Source: Octopus sinensis
Lineage: Eukaryota
DNA: 64,000 nt
Assembly: GCF_006345805.1 (NCBI RefSeq)
Contig: NC_043001.1
Coordinates: forward strand, 28,644,001 to 28,708,000
Reading direction: 5' to 3'
Part shown: one piece after another, positions 51,781 to 64,000 of the stretch
Layout of the letters: each line of letters starts with the position of its first letter
How positions within the stretch are numbered: position 1 is the stretch's first letter
Position numbers and translations under genes: made by a program
The notes under the pieces: model-generated
What the model was told of the DNA's origin: nothing
What the model saw: the letters and a program-made list of their open reading frames with translations, nothing else
Database searches by the model: none

Positions 51781-51785
<5 letters not shown>
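51176..51785 (-). mobile_element. RTE LINE 3' fragment (last ORF2 codons + 3' UTR), different subfamily
   Basis: Minus translation EVVKHDLRALGLTEAMAKDRDLWRYAVT; 3' end shared with the 13.7-kb LINE. Confidence 0.85.
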
Positions 51786-51824
<39 letters not shown>

Positions 51825-52099
51825 GTTATTCTACCAATTATATACGTTTTTATTATTTTTTTGCAATTTACTTAATCATTGGTATTTTATTGCCATTTTA
51901 ATTTTAATATTTCTATTAAATGTAATTTTCTAGATGGTGTAATTTAATTGTTCATTTTGAATTGATAAAAAGTGTTTTTTTTCTAATTTTTTATATATAT
52001 ATATTATATTGTGTGAAATTTGATTTAGTATTTCTAAATTGAATTTTTTTCCCTGTAAGTTAGGATTAATATTCCCTCAAATAATTATATATATATAAT

Positions 52100-52252
52100 T
52101 GGAGTGGTTGGCGTTAGGAAGGGCATCCAGCTGTAGAAACACTGCCAGATCTGACTGGCCTGGTGCAGCCTTCGGGCTTGCCAGACCCCAGTTGAACCAT
52201 CCAACCCATGCTAGCATGGAAAGCGGACGTTAAACGATGATGATGATGATGA
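52100..52252 (+). mobile_element. RTE 3' terminal copy
   Basis: ggcgttaggaagggcatccagctgtag...aaacgatgatgatg. Confidence 0.8.
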
Positions 52253-53231
52253 TATACATATATATATATATATATATATATTCCTCCCTGGATAGGATAC
52301 CAGTCCATCGCAGGATTACTCATTTTTACCAGCTGAGTGGAATGAAGCAACATGAAATAAAGTGGGTTTTTTCTCAAGAACACAATACATCATCCAGTCC
52401 AGGAATCATAATCATGAGTCCAATATTCTAACCATTAAGCAAGCTATGCACCTCCATTTGGTCTTTCTATTATTTATTTATTACTAGTAGTTATAGAAGT
52501 CCATCCATCCTTCTTCAGGTTATACTCAGAGGAAGAGATAAACTGAGGAAGAGTTAAACAGAGAGAGAGTTAAACAGAGGGAGAGTTAAACAGAGGAAGC
52601 CTCTATGTCATTGTTTAAAGTAGCATAGCAGCCAAAACTCCTTCAAATCATATCCTACTATTTTAACAGCGGAAGGACACACAAAATAATGCTGTACTAT
52701 ACATACTAGTCCAGAAAAAAAATAGGATGGTTATGGGCTAAATAACAATTTGTTACATAGACACAAGGCCCTTAGTTGATTAAACTGACCATGGTACTTA
52801 ATTGGTCCCTTATTTTATCAACCCTTGAAGGATAAAAGGCAAAGTAGACATTAGCAGGATTTTAACACAGAACGCAAAAAGTCAGACCAATGGACTAAAT
52901 AACAACAGCAACAACAGTAAGTTGTTCTGTTTTGTGACAATAATCTACAGATAAGATTGAGCTACTTATTATTAAGAACCTTGACCTTTGACATAGTAAC
53001 AGAGACTGTTGGGAGTCTGGCACTTTATCAACACAACCACTTGCAGCTGATGGTATATACAGCAGGCTTCTTATGAGTGTCAAAACATCTAACATGAACA
53101 CAAAACCAAAGAGAAGATTTATAGACACAATCCACCCACCTTTGCTATTGTTATTCAATGCAAATTAGGCCTTGCTGGCAACTGCATGGAGCACTGCATC
53201 CTGTACAACAGGTCATATTAGGATTTTTCCA

Positions 53232-53545
53232 CAATCATCATCATCATCGTCATCGTTTAGCGTCCGCTTTCCATGCTAGCATGGGTTGGACGGTTCAACT
53301 GGGGTCTAGGAAGCCAGAAGGCTGCACCAGGCCCACTCTGATCTGGCAATGTTTCTACGGCTGGATGCCCTTCCTAACGCCAACCACTCCGTGAGTGTAG
53401 TGGGTGCTTTTTACATGCCACCGGCACAGGTGCCAGACGAAGCTGGCAAATGGCCACGATCAGATGGTGCTTTTTTCGTGCCACCAGCACGGGGGCCAGG
53501 CAAGGCTGACAACAGCCACGATCAGATGGTGCTTTTTACATGCAT
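53232..53545 (-). mobile_element. RTE 3' UTR copy
   Basis: Shared gatgcccttcctaacgccaaccactcc core and (CAT)n tail. Confidence 0.8.
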
Positions 53546-54399
53546 TCAGTTTGCATTTTTAAATGTTTCAAAGAGGAAGTAAGAGAGAAAAAGACAATGA
53601 ATGGTGATGGCATTTGTTTGTCTTTTTAAATGTTTCAGAGAGGACATAAGAGAGCAAAAAAGAGAATGAGAGAGAAAAGTGAGAGAAAGAGAGAGAATGA
53701 AAGAGAGAGCATGGAAGTGAGTGGTGAAGGCATTCATTTTGTGATTTTAAATGTTTATCACATTGCAAGTAGACACATATACACATTGTTAAATCAAAAG
53801 CGGGAGAGAAGTGGGACACAAAGGAAGTGAAAAAGAAAGAGAGAAAGTGAAAGAGACAGTAGATACATAAATCCAAAGAAAAGTTCATACATAGATACAT
53901 ACACACAGCAAATATTGGATGTCAGTTTCACTTTTCATTACCACACGAGGATAAAATTAACTCACAAATGGCTGAGTACTCCTCAGACATGCATAACATT
54001 AATGTAGTTCTCAGGGAGAATATGACAAAGCTGGCCCCTTTGAATTACAGCTACAACTCAAGACATATATATATATGAATGTATTTGTGTGTGTGTGTGT
54101 GCATAGTTTAGGTTAGTTAAAACATGTTTGCAATAATAAGTGTCGTGTGGTGGAAATAGGCGCAATTACCAAACTTTCATTCATAAATCCATTTATTATT
54201 TTGTTCTTTTGCATTTCAATTTATACATTAAGGTTCTTTGAATATGTACGATGTATTTTATGGTTAAATAGTAATTCTGTTTATATTTATGTAACAGATA
54301 TTTTGGTTGGATTATATAGTCATTGGTGTTACATTACTTTCTATTTTGTGTAACTGTCACAATATACTTTTCTAGGCCTGAATTTTTTTGTGGGGAGGG

Positions 54400-55546
54400 G
54401 GCCAGTTGACTAGATGAACCCCAGTACACAACTGGTACTTAATTTATCAACCCTGAAAGGACGGAAGGCAAAGTCAACCTCGGCAAAATTTGAACTCAGA
54501 ACATAAAGCCAGACGGTCATAATATACAAATATTTCTCATGGCACCAGTACACTATTTACAGATGCTTACATTTTTTGTTTTCCATGAATTTTTCACAGG
54601 TTCAGCTAGTAACTTTATAAATACATTGAGTTGTAAATCATCAGGTAGCGGGCTGACAGAATCATTATAAGGTGGCGAGCTGGCAGAATCATTATATGGT
54701 GGCGAGCTGGCAGAATCGTTAGCACGCTGGGCAAAATGCTTAGCGGTATTTCGTCTGCCGCTACGTTCTGAGTTCAAATTCCGCCGAGGTTGACTTTGCC
54801 TTTCATCCTTTCGGGGTCAATAAATTAAGTACCAGTTATGCACTGAAGTCGATGTAATCTACTTAATCCCTTGATTGTCCCCTCTATGTTTAGCCCCTTA
54901 TGGGCAATAAAGAAATAAGAATCATTATGATATCAGAAAAATTCCTTTCATTATTTTTACTACTTTCATATCCCACTGAAGTCAACTTAGCCTTGCATCT
55001 TTTGGGGGCTAACAAAAAGAACCAGTCAAGTATTGAGGTTGATGGCATGTAACCCACTTCTCTCAAAATTGCTGGGCTTGTACCAGAGTTAGAATTGTCT
55101 GCAAACCAGATAAAATACCTAGGAACATTTTATCCAACTATATACATTCTGATTTCAAATTCCACTGAAGTCAACTTTGCCATTCATTCTTTCAGGGTTG
55201 ATAAAATAAGTACCAGTTGAGTACTGGGGTCAGTGTAATCAACTAGCTCTCTCCCCCAAAATTCCAGACCCTGTGCCTATAGTAGAAAGCATCGTTGTTG
55301 TTGTAGTAGTAGTAGTAGTAAAGGTGGCGAGCTGGCAGAATCATCAGACAAAATGCATAGTGGTATTTCATCTAGCTTTATGCTCTGAGTTCAAATTCCA
55401 CTGAGATTGACTCTCCCTTTAACTCTTTCAAGGTTGAATTAAGTACCAGTTTAGCACTGGGGTCAATGTAATCAACTAGCCTCCAAGCCCAAAGTTTCAA
55501 GCCTTCTGCTCATAGTAGGAAAATTTATTATTATTATTATTATTAT

Positions 55547-55616
<70 letters not shown>

Positions 55617-55890
55617 GTTATTACTACTACTACTACTATTATTACTACTACTACTATTATTATTACTACTACTACTGAAGGCAGTAAGCTGGCACAATCG
55701 TTACTACATCCAGCAAAATGCTTAGTGGCATTTCATCCCTTTTCATGTTCTGAGTTCAAATTCAGCTGAGGTCAACTTTGCCTTTCATCCTTTCAAATCG
55801 ATAAAAATAAGTACCAGCTAAACACTAGCGTTGATGTAATTGACTTACCCTTCCCCTAAAATTGCTGGCCTTGAGCCAAAATTTGAAATT
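54400..55890. mobile_element. Cluster of about six SINE family B copies
   Basis: Repeated gagttcaaattcc...ctttcatccttt...gtaccag bodies; first copy reverse, others forward; (TAG)/(ACT) tracts between. Confidence 0.78.
55505..55680. repeat. (ATT)/(ACT)n microsatellite
   Basis: Direct reading. Confidence 0.95.
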
Positions 55891-56765
55891 ATTATTATGA
55901 ATAGCATTATTATTATTATTGTACATTTCCTAAATGGAACAACACCCCAAAGAATGTTGCTTTGGACATCAACAGCAAACTATTCCAAATCTAGACATAA
56001 TTATTTAAAAACAATTTTCAAAAATCTCATGTGATTATCTATCAGCTATGAAAACAAAACTTGGTATTCTAACCCATATGGGATTTGGTATTTGGATTTT
56101 GCTCCGAGATATTTTAATATCCATTCAACTAGAAACTATTTATTTATTTCATTTCATTATTCCTTCACTGTTTTCAGTCTGGATTGCAGCTGTGCTGGGG
56201 CACTGTTTTCAAAAAGGATTTTAAATCAATTTATATCAACCCCAGGACTTAGACTAGTACTTATTCTACCAAAATTCTTTGCCACATAACCATATCTATG
56301 TCTATATAATGAAGACTGCATTGTGTTTTTATTCAAATTATTCAAGTGAATTTAAGATATCTTAGATATTTTGAATTATTATACAAGATGGTAACGGTGT
56401 TTTTTTCCCCCTCTTTTTGCTTGGTCAGAAGTTTGCTTCTCAACCACATTAGTTCTAGGTTCAGCCCCACTGCATGGCATTTTGTGAGCAGATTTGTAGA
56501 CAGAAACTGTGAGGAAGCCCTTTATACATTTATGTAAATATATGTGTGTGTATGCATGCTATTTTCTCCTTCCCTTGACATCATGTGATAGTTGTAAACG
56601 AATGTCACTGTCATGTAAGTGGTGTTGTTCATTTCCGATCTTTATCCCCATCACCCAAGTGTCAGGTGATGACAGAGTTTTCAAAGAAGGCAGATCAAAC
56701 AGCTTTCACCCGACATAATGTTTTGGAGAAATTTAGGTGAAATGATTGACCGAATTCATTGTATA

Positions 56766-56821
<56 letters not shown>

Positions 56822-57045
56822 ATAATATTAGGGAATAAATCCAAACTTACAGGGAAAAATCAGATTTAGGATTGAATCCAATTTTATAGTAAAATATTAT
56901 ATTATATTAAATTAGAGACAAAACCACTATTATGCAAATCAAACAAAGAAAGACTTAAGCCAATACATAAATTAATTTATATTATTTAGAAATGTAACAA
57001 TTATTAATTATTAATTATATATATGAGAATAAAGTGTACTTACGC

Positions 57046-57083
<38 letters not shown>

Positions 57084-57765
57084 CAAAATGGGACAAGAAC
57101 ACAAAACATCTGAACAACTAGGTGATACAAAAAGGGGACAACAAAACATCCAGAAAGACGATACAAAGAAAATAATCTGAATGCTAAAGAGTTACAAGTT
57201 ATACTTGTTCTTCAGTATTAAAAACTGCTTTGTCACTATCAGAAACAGCAAACTGATTATCTTATGCAAAAAAAAAACAAGTGTGACTTGTACCAGGACA
57301 CTGCTCACATATTTAGGACAGAGCAACTGTCACAAACAAGAACATCACAGAGCACACCCCAAAATAGATCATGTGACTGATTGGTAGACTTTTCTCTGAC
57401 ACATTACAACCACATGTGTATCAGCAGACTGTCTCTTCTGTTACTGCTACAGCAGTTCCTTCTCCTTTGAACCAACATCAGCCAAACATACAGACACATA
57501 CAAGCCCAACAAATATTCCATTACCTTTCCTTTTACCATCCCTGCTGTGTTTCACTATCTAAACTTGGCACCAAATACACAGCCCAAACTTTCACCCCAC
57601 TACAATATTTTGAGACTCCTTCCCATCCCATCTTTTCCTATGGGTACCAATCTTCAGACTCCCAAGCTGAACATGTATAGACATCTACTTGGATTAACAT
57701 CAACAGTCTGAGAGGATTAGTAGTAGACTATGGTCATTATACACCTTCAGATTATATATATATAT

Positions 57766-58247
57766 CATCATCATTTAACGTCCGTTTTCCATGCTAGTAT
57801 GGGTTGGACAGTTTGACCGGGGTCTAGTAAGCCATGGAGGCTGCACCAGGCTCCAGTCTGATTTGGCAGTGTTTCTACAGCTGGATGCCCTTCTTAACGC
57901 CAACCACTCCATGAGTGTAGTGGGTGTTTTTTACGTGTCACCGGCACAGGAGCCAGCGCAGGCTGGCAAACGGCCACGATCGGTTGGTGCTTTTATGTGT
58001 CACTGACACAGACGCCAGTCAGGCGACGCTAGTAACTGCTACGCTCGAACGGTGCTTTTACGTGTCACCAGCACTGGTGTCTTAACTACAATTACCATTT
58101 GAATTTTTGATGTTGACGAACTTGACTCAACAGGTCTCCTCAAGAACAGCGGGTCACTCTACGATCCAAGGTCAGCACAGCAGGCTGTCCTGCGAGCATG
58201 AACTCACTTCATTTGTCGGGTCTTCGAAGTCACAGCATATCTCCAGA
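57766..58247 (-). mobile_element. RTE LINE 3' fragment
   Basis: Same 3' end (catcatttaacgtccgttttccatgctag) and internal cttgactcaacaggtctcctcaag as the 51.2-kb copy. Confidence 0.8.
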
Positions 58248-58361
58248 TATATATATATAAAATTAAAATGAGGGTGAAAAATTGGATATTAATTTGATAG
58301 CATCAATTTAACACCAGTGGTCTAACATATTAAAAAACTGAGGTTCAATAAATAGTATTAC

Positions 58362-58533
58362 ATACATATGAGAGGGATTACCACTATGTGGACAACCATA
58401 ATGCTAGAAGTAGATCCGCTATGGTCTTACCACTAAGAAATGTTCTCTAGAAAATTTCTTAGTGGTAAGACCATAGCGGACCTACATCTAGCATTAGGAT
58501 TGCCCACATAGTGGTAATCCCTCTCATATGTAT
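58362..58533. repeat. ~170-bp near-perfect palindrome
   Basis: atacatatgagagggattaccactatgtgg...ccacatagtggtaatccctctcatatgtat. Confidence 0.92.
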
Positions 58534-58621
58534 AAATACATACATATATACCGGAGTAAGCACATAAATGTGAAACAAGGTGGAAAAAAGAGTACTCAAA
58601 TACCAGAGGTAGAGTAATATG

Positions 58622-58672
58622 CTTTATTTAAAAGCAGCAGAAATGCAACATTTCTGCTGCTTTTAAATAAAG
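58622..58672. repeat. Perfect 24-bp hairpin, CAA loop
   Basis: ctttatttaaaagcagcagaaatg-caa-catttctgctgcttttaaataaag. Confidence 0.95.
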
Positions 58673-58813
58673 TGTATGTGTGTATGTATATATATATGGA
58701 TGGATGGAAGGATATATACCTTTATAAATTTGTGTTGCAAGATTCCTGATATGAAACCATGTGTTGAAACAGATGTAGTAGTAATTCGAGATGGTCATTT
58801 TTTTTTATTGGCC

Positions 58814-59086
58814 AAATAAAAGCACACGCACACTATATATTCATTCTTCATTCATTTATTACTGTTCATATTTTAACACATGTCCACTGTCTGGAAATCT
58901 TTTGTCACACATCTGTGACCTCCTCAGCAACACTTTCCGTCTTTGTGTGAGCTCCATTGAGGATGGAAAGTGTTGCTGAAGAGGTAACAGATGTGTGACA
59001 AGAGATTTCCGGACAGTGGACATGAATTAAAATAAGAACAGTAATGAATGAGTAAAGAATGAATATATAGTGCATGTGTTTATTTT
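58814..59086. repeat. ~270-bp imperfect palindrome
   Basis: catgtccactgtctggaaatc...gatttccggacagtggacatg with outer arms. Confidence 0.88.
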
Positions 59087-59118
59087 TTATGCATGTGTGT
59101 GTGTGTGGGGGGGGTGTA

Positions 59119-59157
<39 letters not shown>

Positions 59158-59159
<2 letters not shown>

Positions 59160-59320
59160 GCACAGGAGTGGCTGTGTGGTAAGAAGCTTGCTAACCAACC
59201 ACATGGTTCCAGGTTCAGTCCCACTGCATGGCACCTTGGGCAGGTGTCTTCACCTATAGCCTCAGGCCAACCAAAGCCTTGTGAGTGGATTTGGTAGACA
59301 GAAACTAAAAGAAGCCCATC

Positions 59321-59372
<52 letters not shown>

Positions 59373-59930
59373 TATATATATTTCTCTCCTTTTTTTTCTC
59401 TCCTTGTTTCTTTCTGTGTTCCTTTCTGTGAAAGAGCATAGGCTCGAAACGTTAAAGACTTTTTCACTTCCTGAGCGTTATACTAATACACCTGTTTGTT
59501 TTCTACACCACTTGTCTTCGTCTTTTGTTCTTTTGTGAATTCTCCCTATATATATATGTATGTATGTATGTATTTGTGTTTGTCCCCCATCTCCATCGCT
59601 TGACAACCGATGTTGATATGTTTACATCTCTGTAAACTTAGCAATTCAGCAAAAAAGGCTGACAGAGTAAGTACCAGGCTAACAAAGAATAAGTCCAGGG
59701 GTCAATTTCTTCAACTAAAAAGCAGTGTTCCAGCGCTGCCCCAGTCAAAATGACAAACATGTAAACGATAAAAAAAATCACTTAGCGGTTCGGCAAAAGA
59801 GACCGAAAGAATAAGTACTGGGCTTACAAAGAATAAGTCCCAGGGTCGATTTGCTTGACTAAAGGCGGTGCTCCAGCATGGCCGCAGTCAAATGACTGAA
59901 ACAAGTAAAAGAAAAGAAGGAATAAAAGAA
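59158..59930 (+). mobile_element. SINE family A with hammerhead-like insert and duplicated 3' part
   Basis: Head at 59158-59325; 3' part present twice (59570-59770, 59778-59930). Confidence 0.75.
59422..59457 (+). ncRNA. Degenerate minimal hammerhead-like motif in a related terminal repeat remnant (~59380-59550)
   Basis: CTTT-CTGTGAAA-GAGC atag GCTC-GAAA-CG-TT-AAAG. Downstream ttcctgagcgt is shared with the 30.3-kb copy. Confidence 0.4.
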
Positions 59931-59952
59931 TATACATACATACTAGTGTGTA

Positions 59953-60165
59953 TATGATGGGGTGCTAAGATGTTCTTCGTTTTGGGTAAAAGAAAATACA
60001 AGAGGATCAGTCAATTATGATTTTATTCAACATATTCCCTTCTCAGATTCATACAATCATTGCAGCAGTTCTGCAGTTTTTCTAAGCCTGGTAAAAGAAC
60101 TAAGAAGATTGGTCCTCCAACCAGGCTTTTTGCAGTACCCTTAAAACCAGGAACTTTTCAGTACC
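59953..60165 (+). mobile_element. Mariner-type element end, copy 3
   Basis: Colinear with the 7064 copy. Confidence 0.55.
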
Positions 60166-60305
60166 TGCTCATATATACAAGTGTGTATTTATATATCTGT
60201 GTGTGTGTGTTTGCATGCTTACATATATACATATTTGCACATACATACATACATACATATATATATATACATATATATATATATTTATATATATATATAT
60301 ATACT

Positions 60306-60343
<38 letters not shown>

Positions 60344-60370
60344 CTTCTGTGTATGTTTGTGTATGCACAT

Positions 60371-60420
<50 letters not shown>

Positions 60421-61509
60421 TATATATATATGTGCATATGTATGTTTATCGCCACTTCAGTATGGCTGTTCCATAGCAACCGACATTACTACCATTTTTA
60501 ACCCCTGGAGGACACCTCCTCCAGCTGGTTATTGATGCAGCCTGCACCCACATATACATAATTTATTAAAATCAGTCTTTAGCAGATATATATAAAGTAA
60601 TCCCTCGACTATCGAAGGTTATACGTTCCAAAACTTCTCACAGAAATAACTAAAATTTTAAAAAATATAAATACCTATTGGCCATAGAAACCCGCAATAT
60701 ACTGAGTTTGCAATATAAATTTACATATATTAGCCAGAAAAAGCTGCGATATACTTGTCCCCCAACCATTGTTTGACAACCAAATCTGCATACACACACA
60801 TTAACACACATATATACATATCTATATATACATAAACACACACATATATATATACATACATATCTATATATACATATACACACACACATATATATATACA
60901 TACATATCTATATATACATACACACAAACATATATATACATACATATCTATATATATACATACACACACACACACATGCACACACACACACAATGAACTT
61001 CCAGTTTCCATATACCTAAGCTACTCATGAGGTTTTGGTCAACTCAGGGCTATAGCAGTAGACACTTGCCCAGGGTGTCATGCAATGGAACTGAACCCTG
61101 AACCATGTGGTTGAGAAGCAAGTTTCTTACCACTTTGTCATACCTGCCTACACACACACACACACACATAATGTATACATTAATGTTTGTTTTTATGTTC
61201 AGTTACGAAAACAATTTTACATTAATCTGATAGGTTACTCTATACTTTTGTAGAGTAGAAATTTATTATTCCTATACCAGAACGTTGCTGACAGTAACTT
61301 TGAAGTCCGACCAACTAAGCCATGATCCAAACTTCAAAGTCATTGTCAACAACATTCTTGTATAAGAATAATAAATAAATATACACACAGAGGAGGAAGT
61401 CAATTAGGTTATAGCCCCTTTTCCTTAAACTTATTTTCTCTGAATAAACCAGTTAAGAAACATGTGATACCAGGTAAAAGTATATACAATATTACATACT
61501 CGCATACAA

Positions 61510-61850
<341 letters not shown>

Positions 61851-62314
61851 GCAGGGGTAGGCGGAAAGTGTTACTTTCATAATATTCTTTGCTTTGCATT
61901 AGGGAAATTTAGTCATTTGTCATGTGATATGAAAACATTTATTTAAAGGCCAAATGGAAAATAAAACTAAGAAGGATCCATATGTACTGTTTATTAATAA
62001 CTAGGCCAACCAGGTCTCGCTGCTGCTACTGCTGCTTCTGCTGCTGCTCGTAAGCTAACTACGTCAGTGACTTTTAATATAAGAAAGACACCATAATCAG
62101 TTTATATTTAACACTCCCCAACTAAATACCAGTTGACTAATTATTGGTCACCAGTCAATTGCCTTTCGTTCCTTCATTTCTCACAGGATAGGAAATTTCA
62201 TATAGAACAAAATGAAATGAACTGTAAATGAAAGCAAAAAGCAAAAAAAAAAACGCACACACTGTGTCACATATAAACCTACAAGGACAAATACACATGT
62301 ACACAAACACACAC

Positions 62315-62346
<32 letters not shown>

Positions 62347-62689
62347 CAAATTTCGTCAGGGAAGCTGTGGCACTGCATATGACCTTTGCAGGTCTTCGCA
62401 CACAGGCACAGTGGTAAGACTGCTGCAACAGATGCGCCCAGCTTAAAGAAGGAAAATATAGGCAGAGGGGGAAGTTGGGAATCTGATCTGACTGCATGAC
62501 AGGGGGAATCTCTGAAAAGCACCCCAAGGACCAGATGAATGTTTTTAAACCGGATGGTGGTAGGTTAGGCCTACTCCTTCATCACACTTAAGGGCAAACG
62601 CACATACAATTCATAAAGCAATGGGGACATTCAAATTTACATCAATTTTTGATTTTGCAGGAGGCAAAGAATGAATATTTGTAAGACAC

Positions 62690-62756
62690 AGAAAGAGAGA
62701 GAGTGAGATGGAGATCGAGAGAGTGAGAGCATGTTAGTGTGTGTGTGTGTGTGTGT

Positions 62757-62813
<57 letters not shown>

Positions 62814-63405
62814 TTGCATGCGTGAGTAAGTGCAGGTAAATAAATATATGAGAGTCAAGAATGAATGAGCAAGTGAGAAAGGCAGAAGTGTGTGAATGTG
62901 AGAGAGAAAGAGAGAAGAGAGAGACAAAGAGAGGGAGAGGGAGAGAGACAAGGAGAGGGGGGAGAAAGAGACAAGGAGAGAGAGAGACAAGAGAGGAGAC
63001 AGAGAGAGACGAGAGAGAGAGAGAGAGACAAGGGAAGAGGGAGAGAAAGAGACAAGGAGAGAGAGAGAGAGAGAGAGAGACAAGGAGAGAGAGAGAGAGA
63101 GACAGGAGAGAGAGAGAGACAAGGAGAGAGAGAGACAAGGAGAGAGAGAGAGACAGTGAGAGGGAGAGAGAGACAGTGAGAGGGAGAGAGAGGTACTTTG
63201 AGAAGGAAAGAGACAAGGAGAAGGAGAGAGACAAGAGAAGAGACAGAGAGAGACAAGAGACAGAACGAGAGAGAGAGAGAGAGACAAGGGAAGAGGGAGG
63301 TGGGAGAGAATTAATGAATATGTAGATGAATGAGAAAGCAGTACTGAGTGTCAAAAGAGAGAGAAAATTAAATACATAAGAGTATGGGAGAGAGACAATC
63401 AATGA

Positions 63406-63445
<40 letters not shown>
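62690..63445. repeat. (TG)n / GA-rich / (TG)n low-complexity block
   Basis: Direct reading. Confidence 0.93.
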
Positions 63446-63595
63446 ACACATGCATAGCTCTGGTTAAGTTGACTGCAAGAGGCAAATCACTGGGTTGAGT
63501 GTTTTGATGTAACAATGAAGGCCATCAGGTGGAAAAGAATCTTGACATTAAGTGCCTTGCATACAAAGACTACAAACAGACGGGACAGACAGACA

Positions 63596-63629
<34 letters not shown>

Positions 63630-64000
63630 CATATATTCATTCAAGTGCAGCCACTTATGTGTATGCATCACTCACACACACATACATTCACATACCTCTA
63701 AATCTGCAAACAAACATGCATATTCTTTTTCATGGTGATGAGGAAGCAGGCCAACGTCTACTGACTTGTAAATCCATCTAATATCCTTTCGTTCAGGCTT
63801 AACAGCCCTTCCCTTTGTGTTACTGTTATTTTCCTTGTCCTGTCTTTTACTGTTTTTTTATTTGTATTGTTTTTACTGTCCTGTTTTTTTTGTTACCACT
63901 TTTACCCCTCCGCAAAAAATCCCAAATTTTATTTAATTTGCTTCGCGGGAAGGACTGTTTCAATGGAGTCGTGTCTCGCCTTTACCTTCGAAACACGGAG

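Noticed and set aside
52540-52600. Short gagttaaacagag tandem repeat
   Set aside because: Three to four short units, ordinary slippage.
57195-57240. Minus-strand CTGAAGAACAAGtataaCTTG hammerhead-like start
   Set aside because: No GAAA or convincing stems I/III; too decayed to call.

Overview
AT-rich, microsatellite-dense eukaryotic DNA. The SINE/LINE content and (TA)n/(CA)n density look like an Octopus (coleoid cephalopod) genome; this is inferred, not verified. Most of the window appears to be intron of one minus-strand gene. A 1168-nt coding exon (48007-46840) encodes an N-terminal SAM domain plus a Pro-rich region resembling ARAP-family Arf/Rho-GAPs, and a candidate alternative phase-1 first coding exon sits at 18350-18272 in a CpG-rich, SINE-poor zone. 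No downstream PH/GAP exons were found. The rest is mobile DNA: at least four tRNA-derived SINE families, RTE, CR1 and Tx1-type LINE fragments, Tc1/mariner remnants, piggyBac-type MITEs and Helitron-like elements. The most notable result is a set of sequence-unrelated repeats next to (TA)n tracts that all fold into a type I hammerhead-ribozyme topology with a short palindromic stem III, as in Penelope-like element pLTRs. Two have intact catalytic cores (13032-13114 minus, 45793-45851 plus). One of these lies in a ~440-bp palindrome opposite a core-mutated twin. Many other fold-back palindromes are present. All structures were read by eye; no folding software or database searches were run.
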